Below, in pieces: positions 53,576-64,000 of a stretch of DNA of 64,000 nucleotides. Under the pieces are notes generated by a model. That model did not search any database, had not been told where the DNA came from, and worked only from the letters and a program-made list of their open reading frames with translations. Source of the DNA: Octopus sinensis (Eukaryota). A program made the translations under genes and the position numbers. The stretch is taken from positions 109,058,001 to 109,122,000 of the forward strand of contig NC_042999.1 in the NCBI RefSeq assembly GCF_006345805.1. Reading direction: 5' to 3'. Numbering within the stretch: the first letter of the stretch is position 1; each line of letters starts with the position of its first letter.

Positions 53576-54519
53576 CAATTCTCCCCTAATGATTACAATG
53601 ACAGTTTTCCTATTATTGCTAATATTGGTGTTGTAGTTGTCTTGTTTTTGTTGCTGTTGTTGTTGTTGTTGTTGTTATTATTATTATTATTAGTAGTAGT
53701 AGTAGTAGAATTTTTTATGTAATTTTTATGCAGCAAGTAACAATGTGTAGGTGATTATTTTGCATTCATTGTATTCTAGGATTAATCATAAAACAATAGT
53801 AAATGCTTTGTTTCTAATAATCAGCAGTAGTAAGATGTTGCAGTTAATATTTTTCTTTCTGTCCATACTTCAATATCTCATCATTGCTTTTGAACAATGG
53901 AAATGTATATTTTTTTAAATATCCCTTTAGATGTCAACTGCTTAGCTATAGTTAGGTTTCTTTTTTCTATTATTATTTTTGTTTTAGTTCTTTTCTTTTT
54001 TTTTGCTCATTATGTATAAGAATTGTAATTTTGAATATTTGCATACATCATTTAATTTACTTTTGAGTAATGTCATCTGATGTATATGAAAGAAGAAAAA
54101 TGCTTGAAATGAATAATTTGTTTAATATGTTTCAAATTATTTACAAAGTAATTAATACAACTTAATTAAAATAAGCCATATCAGATCCAGAATGAGATCA
54201 TGCTATCATAGCAAAGGATTTTATATCTATAATTTGATATTATCTTTTCCACAAAACATTCCATGAAACACAAACTCTTTGACAATTAACTTTTAACTAT
54301 GTTGTTCTTTTAAATCTAACTCATTTTTTCATAATCATCTACGATAGTAATGCAGTTGTGAATGGTCCACTACTAAAAGCCAAATATGTTGAAATGTTTT
54401 AAAATAATAGTTCAGTATCAAAGAAAATTGCTTATAAATGGTTAAAAATTATTATTTCAAAACTCAATGTTCAAGAAAGGATTAAAAACTGAATGCAAAT
54501 TGGCTGGGACATGAAAGAT

Positions 54520-54861
54520 AAATTATATACATACATACACATGTAAGCAAGTGCACATACACACATACACATACACATACACTCACATGCATGCACACAA
54601 CATCATTGTCATAATCCTTGTTATTGTTGGCATCATTATTATATTTATATACTTTTTTTATCCATACCTGCATGTGTTGGATGCATCTTGATGCATTTCA
54701 TCCAATTTGTAGCATATACTAAGTGCCTTTTATCATGCCACCCACCTTGGAAAGGCTAAAGAGTTTTCACTACTCTGTATCCTTCATAGACAGATCACCT
54801 GTGATGCAGTTTAAATTTTTCTTCCTCTCTCTCTCTCTTTATCTCTCTCTCTTTTTCTTTA

Positions 54862-54902
<41 letters not shown>

Positions 54903-55709
54903 GGCATGTAAAAAGCACCAACTGATCATGACTGCTGGCAGCCTCCCCTGCCACCTGTGCCGGTGGCACATAAAAAGCACCCACTACACTCACGGAGTGG
55001 TTGGTGTTAGGAAGGGCATCCAGCCACAGAAACATTGCCAGATCAGACTGGAGCCTGGTGCAGCCTCCTGGCTTCCCAGACCCCAGTCGAACCATCCAAC
55101 CCGTGCTAGCACGGAAAACGGACATTAAACGATGATGATGATATATATATATATATATATCATGCTCTCTCTCTCTATATATGTGTGTGTATGTGTATAT
55201 AGTGTGCACAGTACTGTGGACACTTTAGTCATGCAAGAGACAGCCTTTCAAGGGTTGGTGGCATGATAATGTGTGTGTGTGTGTGTGTGTTCTGAGGACC
55301 TGGAAGTATAGAGTGATTATACAACTGTCTTTGTAAAAATTACTGCATAGTATACTAGTATATGCTGGTAAAACATATTATATTATGTAATTTCTGTTAT
55401 AACAAAAAAAAAATTTTTAACTGAATCTCTTCTCATTTTTTATTCTGAACTCGGACATATATATTTATTGAAAAATAATAAACATAAAACAGGTGCTTGT
55501 TATATTTTCCTATTATTTGATTCATATTCTGCACTGTAGTCTATCCTGAGTTTGGTGCCCACATTATGCTACACTGGGTATGGGAGAAAAGTGTGTGGAG
55601 CTCACTACTGAGCTCAATTTTGGTTGAGTTGCACTTTAATGTACTCCCTTTCTTCTTTCTTTCTTTATTTTTTTCTTTCTTTCTTTCTTTCTCTTTCTTT
55701 CTATGCTAC
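54520..55709 (+). repeat. Dispersed direct duplication, copy 2
   Basis: Colinear with 50188-51423. Confidence 0.95.
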
Positions 55710-56311
55710 TTTGAAATAATCCTTATTATTACACACACACACACACACACATGAATATATATACATGAAGTACATTATTTTTAAGAGTATAGCTTGAAGT
55801 GGATGATGCTATAGATAGCATGTAGATTATTGGGTAAAAAAACCTTTTGCATGGAAAAAAGTCGAAGGTTATACATTGGATTCACATCCACATCTCTGTA
55901 AAGCTTTATTCTTATCCAAGGCATTTTTTTTTTTGCACAATATTCTACACGATATTATCTATGGCTTTATCTACTTCGAGTTAAATTTAAAACATAATTT
56001 ACTTCATATCTCATAATTTAAATTCTTTTAATGTATGCATCTTACAATTCTTCCTTGTAAGAAAAAAGCTTCTAAAATATATAAAGAAAATTTAAAGTGT
56101 CACTTTGGTATAATGTTTAGAACATCAGCCATTTTTACAGAAGATATAGGTTTGAGTCCCAGATGCAGCCTTCAACTTTTTTTCCACTCAAAATGTTTTT
56201 AACTCAGTACTCTACACATCATTATTTATAAATTATCTACTTCAAGTTCCTTCATTAAAAATAATTTACTTCAAACCTATCAAAGTTTCTAAATTCTTAT
56301 AATGTAAATAC

Positions 56312-57340
56312 ACAAGCATGGCTGTGTGCTAAGCAGCTTGCTTCCTAAGTACATGGTTCCAGGTTCAGTCTTACCGCCTAGCACCTTGAACAAGTGTCTT
56401 CTACTATAGCCTTGAACCAACCAAAATATTGTGAGGGGGATTTGGTACACGGAAACTGAAAGAAGCCCATTGTGTATATATATATATATATGCTCTCTTC
56501 CCCTGAACCCACCCTGCCATCTCCTGCCTTCTGTTCCCCTCACCTACCACCCCACCATCCTACCTCTCCAATGCACCATTCTCCGAGCCTTCCGGCGACT
56601 CCAGTCCAACACCTCCACCTTGCACACCTTCTCTAACCGACCCCTCCGCTCCTTCAAACGAGCCCATAACCTATGAGACCTCTTGGTCCATAGCTTCTTC
56701 CCTAACCCAACCTCCCAACTCAGCTCGTTGCTCTGCTCTCACCCATGCTGTTGCACTTGCCCTTACCTCTCTAACACCACTCTCCTCACTGGCACCCATC
56801 ATTGACCCTATCACATCACCGTCTCCTTCACTTGCACTTCTACCAATATCATCTACTGCACTCCTGCTCTCTCTGCCCTTCTCTATACATCGGGCAAACG
56901 GGGTACCACTTGGCTGACTGGTTCACGGAACACCTCCGAGACATCTGATCTGGTTCTTGACTGAGGATAGAAAGCTTTGAATGACCCGTCCTTGTTTTTT
57001 TGCATCGTCTATCTGGATGTTTTGTTGTCCCTTTTTGTATTACCTTTTTGTCTGGATGTTTTGCGTTCTTGTCCCATTTTGTATTATATATATATATATA
57101 TATACACATGTGCATCTGTATATGCCTTTGTGTTTGTGTTTGTCCCCACCATTGCTTAACAACCAGTGTCAGTGTGTTTGTGTCCCTGTTACTTAGTAAG
57201 GCAAAAGAGGCCGATAGAATAAGTACCAAGCTTTGCAAAAAAAAAAGTACTGGGGTCAATTCATTAAAAAAAATATATATTGAAGGTGTTACCCTAGTAT
57301 GGCTGCAGTCTAATGACTGAAATAAGTAAGAGATAAAAGA
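56312..57340 (+). mobile_element. tRNA-derived SINE split at its internal (TA)n by a PLE fragment
   Basis: 5' half 56312-56490, 3' half ~57105-57340. Confidence 0.8.
56491..57083 (+). mobile_element. Penelope-like element fragment (linker + GIY-YIG + pLTR end)
   Basis: VPLTYHP...RSFKRAHNL*DLLVHS; FTCTSTNIIYC/SCSLCPSLYIGQTG..LAD.F.EHLRDI. Confidence 0.88.
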
Positions 57341-57369
57341 AGATACTCCCATTAATATATACACTTATA

Positions 57370-58380
57370 TATTAATCTTTTTGGTTCCAGAGCAGTGGCA
57401 GTGCCTTTGGCTGACTCAGGCCAACCTAGATCTCTAAGACTAATGCCAGTTAATGTTCTCCTTAAACCATTGCAAAATCAACACATGTGGGAAAAACATG
57501 AGCTGGGAAGGAATTTCAGAGAGCTGATATTCTTAGAAGAAAGGACTGGTTGTAGGGATTAGTGTAGGAACTGGAGTCTTGGAGACAACAAGGATAAGGT
57601 GAAAAAAATAGGTTAGGAGTGGAGGTGATGTGTGCTCAGGCAGATCCTAGGGGCAAAAGGCCATTACAGTAGCAATAGAAGAAGCAGAGAGAGAAGATAA
57701 TGCCATCTATGGACTAGAGGCTGGGACATGTCTTTGAGTCACTTTATGTCAATTAACTAATTGACTCAGTGGCTGAGTGGCTTTTTTTTGGATACAATCT
57801 AGATTTCTGTACATCGCTATTGCTATCACTGTAGCAGTAGCAGCAGCAAAAGCAGCAGCATTCCAGATTTCAGAGCCATACTCCATTTGGATATCTAGGT
57901 TCTGTAGAATATGAATAATCATTGGAACACTGAAGTATCTGCTGGCTCTGAAGGAAAGAACCAGTCATTGGAATGCAGTCCTATCTATTTTATGAATGTG
58001 CTTTCACCAGGAAAGATCCTTGGCAAGGCCTGACATTTGGAGTAATTCTGAGGGCTCCAGTTGTGTGCTACACATGATTAAGGGTTGTCTGTTGCAATGA
58101 TGTCTTTTTGATATGAGTGGTATTTGTGTTTTCTTGTTGAAAGAAAAAAGATTGGCATATCCCTATTGAAGGATATTTTTGATGTTTCTGTTAATAGTCA
58201 GTGCAGGTTCAGTGTGTGGTGTCTAGGTTATGAGTGGATGATGGATACCGGAAGAAGGTTATGGAAGAATGAATAGAAGATAGCATCTGCTGCATAAGAG
58301 TGGGGTTTATTGGATGTGATGGCAAGTAAGTGTCGAAAAAGTCATCACAGTGTGAGAGATATCACTCATGTTGTCAGTAG
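57370..58380 (-). mobile_element. Decayed CR1-group LINE 3' RT remnant
   Basis: Minus strand: YAADA (YADD-like), MEYGSEIW, NQSFLLR...NSFPAHVFP. Confidence 0.65.
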
Positions 58381-61300
58381 GAATTCAAAAATGTCTGCAA
58401 TACACTACCAACCCATGCAACATGACATTGTTGCCTAGATGGTTTATAATGCTATATGCAAAAGGCACACAAGAACCATAGGATATCTCCACCTTTAAAA
58501 ATGTATATATCTATATAGTTGTATATTTTTATATGTATATTTTTAATGTATAGATTACTCTATATATTTTTATACATTTATATATTTTCAATGTGTTTGA
58601 TGTACTGAATATACTTTTGGAGAAATTCATGCATATTGGGTCTAGGGCTAAATAAATATAAATGTATATGTGAATTTGATTTGCCTAAATTTGAGTCTTA
58701 CTTCTATATTATTCTAACATCTTGGGTTTAAATATCTGGAGTACTTCAAAGTGAAGTTTATGCATTGGAGAAAATCTTTTTCCTTATAATCATATGTATG
58801 TACATATGTATATATACACATATATAAAATGGAACAGGTATTTTATGCTTTATATAATGTACATATTTCAGTATGCTGATTGTGATTATTACTAAAGCTG
58901 GTTGGACTATTGTGCAATACAACTGACTTATTTCCTCAGCATTATCAGCAAAAATACAGTATAAAGAAAATAGTAAGTCCTTATATTCACCAGTATGCAA
59001 ATTAAGTGCCATCTGGTAATTATAGCAAAATAGAAAGTGAAGGAAGTACACACATTATTTTCCAACCTGAGACTAAAATTCTTTACATCACTAGCAGAAT
59101 ATATTCATAATGTAGTTGACAGTAAGGTTGAACATGCAGTGACACAGTATACCAATTTTAAAAGCTAGAATGCACATAAGACAAATTAATATAAATATAA
59201 TATATATATTATTTACATATCTATGTAAATGTACATATACCTCAAGATATATATGTATGTGTGTGTGCATATGCACACATAAGCATGTAAGTATAAATAT
59301 GTATATATAACCATATGTGCACACACACACACATCTCCATATATTGCTTTTTTAGTGTTGCTAATAATAATTACATAATTTTAATGGACATCTGTGAAAA
59401 TGTATCTTTTTCTAGAATACTACAAACTGAATTTTGATTTTGCTAAATCAATTCTTGATTTATATATGGAAATATTTTCATTCTTTATTAAATGCCCATC
59501 TCTCTTTTTCTCCATTCTCTAAGTTTCAATATGATTGCTTGCCTTTTTCTATTGATTAGTTATTTTCTTTTCAACATTGTGATTCTTATATTTTAGTTCC
59601 TGGAAAAACTATTTCTAAATTTGTCTTGTTTTAATCTCATGATCTCCATATCTCATGCCATACATACATTCTCCTCATACAAATTTAATTTTTTTTTTTC
59701 TTATATGAGATAAATTCTTAAAAACAGGAGAACATTTATTGTAGGTTATGGTAATATATGATTTTTCAAAGTTTGATTTTCCTTTATAAAACTCACTACT
59801 ATTGTTGACTTTTACTATTTATATAATATATAAACAGAGTAACTGTTTATTTTTTATCCAGAAGCCTCATGATAGAGTCTTCATAAATCATGCCTGGAGT
59901 TGTCATTATAACTATTAAAGATCAATCTCAGTTTCCCACTCCTGCATATCTTGAGAATGCTCTTGTTTGCTCCTTTTGAGCATAATTTTCATTAACACTA
60001 ATGAACTTCCTTCACGTTATAATTTTAGTTGATTAAAACTTATTTTTGTTTCACCAAATTAATTATGGTAGCCTGAACTTAACTATATGTTAAAATGCAG
60101 AAGGCACCTATGGGACATTTTTTCAGTATACATACATTATATAATATATACATTGTATCATATGTATACACCCTTTAATATATAACATTAAATCACATTA
60201 ACCTTTTTAATCTTATTAATATGGGGAAAATAATTTTTTTATTATTGTAAGAATGTATATTTCACAGAATTTTAGAATAATGTGACAACACTGTTGTCAT
60301 TTAAACCACAACACTATAATTCTGTACAATCAGATCTTTACAACTGGAAGTACTGCTACAACTGCCTAGCATGTTGTGATGAGTCGGAGACGACAATATA
60401 TATCTATAACCTTTATGTTGATGAATAATTCATGTGAAAGTAAATTCATAAATATTGCATATTTTATCAACCTGATCAATTTAATATAGATTAATCAATA
60501 AAGATTATAAAATATACCCTGATCAAAACCATAATGGTATTGAATAGATCCTATAAAACTTATTTTTAATGATTTATTTGAAAGAGAATTCATTTTGTGA
60601 ATAGGAATGAAATTGGAACAACTACTTTCAACATTCTGCAAAAAGAAAATTTTTTTACATTAAAAAGAACTAATATATTACAATGTTGTAATTTGTTACA
60701 GATTATTCTGTTATGAGTTATAATTATTTTGTTTTTGTTTCTTTACCATTAAAGAGTTTCTACCTCACGTTTGGATTGTTTTAACTAATAGTATAACAGA
60801 AACTATGTGATAAAATTTTTACTAGCTTAAAAGTTTTTCTTTTAATAATTTTACATTTGTTTTCCTATACTACTGTTGATTATATATTTTTGCTACCTTG
60901 AATTTACATATTAACAGTCAGAAGTAGTTTAATCATCATTTAGCTTCCTGCATCTAATATTTTTAGTTAAGCTAGTAAATAAAATAATATAGGCTGGCCA
61001 GTATTACAAGTAATGAAGTAATATCTGAATGCAGGACTTTTTGGCCAATAGTCTGGACATTTTAAAATTACAATTTAAAATTGAATGTAAATAAATGTTT
61101 CAATTGATCCTGGTTCTTTACACAAACATTAGTATTTCTTTATACTCCTTTTATTATTTCATTTCTAAAAGGTGACTCACTGAACTGTATCTCAATGATT
61201 TTTTTAATTATAAGTAATGTTGTTTATGGGCTATAGCTATATTTTTACATACTTAAGTACTCACACATGTTTTTCTTTACAGCTTTAACTAAAAGTTTTG

Positions 61301-61989
61301 TATAACTGCATTTCTTCAGTCTTCTTTTTAATTAGAAAAAAAATATATATTTGGAATCTATCTTTGTTAAAACTGTCACACACCTATTTCCTTTGGATTA
61401 TTTATTTCTAATGGAATTACGTGTCAGAAATGTTTCCGATGTTCTTCCTTCTTCATATAGATTAAATTCTTTTGATTAAAATCAGCATTACGTAAGTCTT
61501 CATAGGAAAACGGACAATCTTTTTATTAATGGTATCTCAATGGTCTGTTCCAAATATATTATATAATATCATATAATATATTTATGCCAAACTGAATATT
61601 TCCAGAATGGAATTGCTACCTGTTTAAGTTCTAAGAGTATTATATACATTAATACATTTTTATCCACAATCATTGGCTATTTTCAGTATGGCATCTCAGT
61701 CGAATGGATTTCAATTGCTTGTATGTCCTTGATCTTTTTTAAGCGATCAAGGATTTTGAACAATAGACACTATAGAATGAAATGTAATACAAACTGTTAC
61801 TTCTTTAGCAGATATGAACAGCACCTTTTAGATTTTTAGCAACCTCAGGCTGTATTTGAAATAGAATGTATAGAAATGTGTGACTAGTTTAAATTGAAGC
61901 AAACAAAGATCTACACTCTCTTGTAAGTCCTTATTGAACTTTTATTTAGGTGAATATACAAAAATAACAGAGGAAAGAGAACCATAAAG

Positions 61990-62026
<37 letters not shown>

Positions 62027-62079
62027 CAGAAAGAGAGAGATGGAGAGGCATAGAATGACAGAGTCTGAGAATAATTCAA

Positions 62080-62428
62080 ATCATCATTGTCATGGTCATT
62101 TAATGTCTTTTCGATGCTTCATGAGTTGGATGGAATTTGTTGAGGCAGATTTCTTGTAAACCATTGCCCCTTCCCATTGTCAACCTTCACCTATTTCCAA
62201 GTAAGGTAATATTTCCCATGGTCAAATATGTTTTCCATACAAGACTAGAAATGAGTAACATTGTTTGTATGACGATGATGTTCATTTACAAACATCGAGT
62301 GATGTCAATAAAGGAGTATACACAAACACACAAATATATGCAAACACACACACCCATGAACACACACATATACATATACGTGTATATATATATAAACAAA
62401 TGCACACATGTATACATATATATACATG

Positions 62429-62470
<42 letters not shown>

Positions 62471-63235
62471 TACATGCGTGTTTTCCATCTGTGCACTCAA
62501 TAAATATTTTTCTGTTTGTCTGTACATTCATTGTACGTTTGTTTGTGCATTTACTATACATTTTTCACTTATTATTATATATATATATATGTATCATCAT
62601 CATCATCATTTAACGTCCATTGTCCAAGCTGGCATGAGTTGGACTTTTTGACTGGGATGGCACGCTAGAAGGCTGCGCCAGGATCCAGTCTTACTTGGCA
62701 TGGTTTTCTACTGCTGGATGCCCTTCCTAATGCCAACCTCTCTAAGAGTGTAATGGATGCTTTTACATTGCACTGGCATGGCTGCCATTTGTGTGACACC
62801 ATTATCTGTTATGACTACAATTTTGCTTAACTTGATGGATCTTTTTCTCAAGCATGACATAATGCCAAAAGCCTTGTTGATTGCCTTTGTGAGGCCCAAC
62901 ACTCAACAGTAACTTGGCCACTTTGCCTCTATGAGGCTCAACACATAAAAGGAACTCAGCCACCTCACCTTCATCATCATCATCATCATCATCATCGTTT
63001 AACATCCACTTTCCATGCTAGCATGGGTTGGATGGTTCAACTGGAGTCTGGTAAGACAGGAGGCTGCATCAGAATCCAGTCTGATCTGTCAGTGTTTCTA
63101 CAGCTGGATGCCCTCTCTAACACCAACCACTCCGTGAGTGTAGTGGGTGCTTTTTACATGCCACTTGCACAGGGGCCAGATAAGGCTGGCAATGTCCATG
63201 ATTAGTTGGTGCTTTTTATGTGCCACTGGCATGGA
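62080..63235 (-). mobile_element. Cluster of RTE-related 3' fragments with (CAT)n tails
   Basis: ctggatgcccttcctaa blocks at ~62715 and ~63105; (CAT)n at ~62595 and ~62972. Confidence 0.8.
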
Positions 63236-63421
63236 TACCACCAAAAAAGGAAGGAAAGAATACAAGCACAAACATAAAGAAGGAAGGGGAGAAAAAGGAA
63301 AAGGAAAAATGAAATAACTAAAACCGGAATCCCTAAACCACCAAACAAAAAACAGAAAACTCAAATATGGAGGCTCCAGTGGAATCCGAAACCTTACTGA
63401 AGAAAAGAAATTTGGAGTGAA

Positions 63422-64000
63422 CTCCAAATTTGCTGTGGCAGGGACTGTCTAACACAGCTCTTACACCACATTGAGGATATACTTAAAGCCTTGGGAACAG
63501 GTTCAAACTCTGATGTCATATATCTTGACTTCAGTAAAGCGTTTGACAGGGTTGACCATAATATCTTACTTTCAAAATTGGCAAATGTTGGAATCTGTGG
63601 AAAACTTCTACACTGCAATGAGTATTTCCTGGCGAATAGAACACAACATGTTGTGGCTGATGGAGTCCACTCAAGCCCAGCAAAAGTCACCAGTGGTGTC
63701 CCACAGAGAACTGTCTTGGGCGCGTTCCTCTTTATAATCTACATAAATGACCTTTCCAGCGTCGTAAATCACTGCAAACTGAAAATATTTGCTAATGACA
63801 CTAAGCTCCAGCAAATCTTCAATGAAGAAGACCGAACTCAACTCCAGTCTGATCTATATGTGGTGAGTCAATGGGCAAACAAAAACAAAATGCAACTAAA
63901 CGAGGGAAAATTTGAGCTGATGCATTTTGGAAGAAAGACTATACTAAAACAGCCATACTCTCTTCCTTCAGGGGAACTGCTCACAGCATCTAATAATATC
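63422..64000 (+). mobile_element. CR1-group LINE RT fragment, open frame running off the window
   Basis: GRDCLTQLL, DVIYLDFSKAFDRVDH, SGVPQRTVLG, IFANDTK (catalytic YADD altered), QLNEGKF. Confidence 0.9.

Noticed and set aside
58758-59051. 97-aa minus-strand ORF / possible micro-exon
   Set aside because: No recognisable motif; frame not compatible with the 53.2-kb candidate.
60370-60480. C/D-box snoRNA or hammerhead (gtgatga gtc gga gac gaca ... ctga)
   Set aside because: No convincing terminal stem or D' box; as an HHR it needs two core substitutions and lacks stem I.
61460-61490. Plus-strand exon candidate with good acceptor and GTAAGT
   Set aside because: Stops in all three frames; no other support.

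Overview
Eukaryotic, very AT-rich, repeat-dominated DNA with no confidently identifiable host gene. The repeat complement (tRNA-derived SINEs with internal (TA/TG)n, Nin/Deu-domain-like SINEs, RTE LINEs with (GAT)n tails, Tc1/mariner and Penelope-like elements) resembles an octopus/coleoid cephalopod intron or intergenic region; this is inference, not a database result. Almost all ORFs in the track are microsatellite artefacts or decayed transposon frames. Recognisable elements: a near full-length RTE LINE (25.6-29.8 kb), CR1-group RT remnants, four Tc1/mariner remnants (one nested), three Penelope-like (PLE) coding fragments including a Naiad-type RT+GIY-YIG ORF, many SINEs, a 2.2-kb near-identical tandem duplication and a 1.2-kb dispersed duplication. 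The most interesting layer is non-coding RNA structure: several hammerhead ribozyme (HHR) motifs in PLE-type repeats, one with an intact core in both arms of a 311-bp-arm palindrome; a tRNA-like Pol III cassette directly upstream of a minimal HHR; a possible non-circularly permuted HHR; a tandem array of compact H-type pseudoknots in the RTE 3' UTR; and three long palindromes plus inverted SINE arrays with strong dsRNA potential. All coordinates were read by eye; TE boundaries are approximate.
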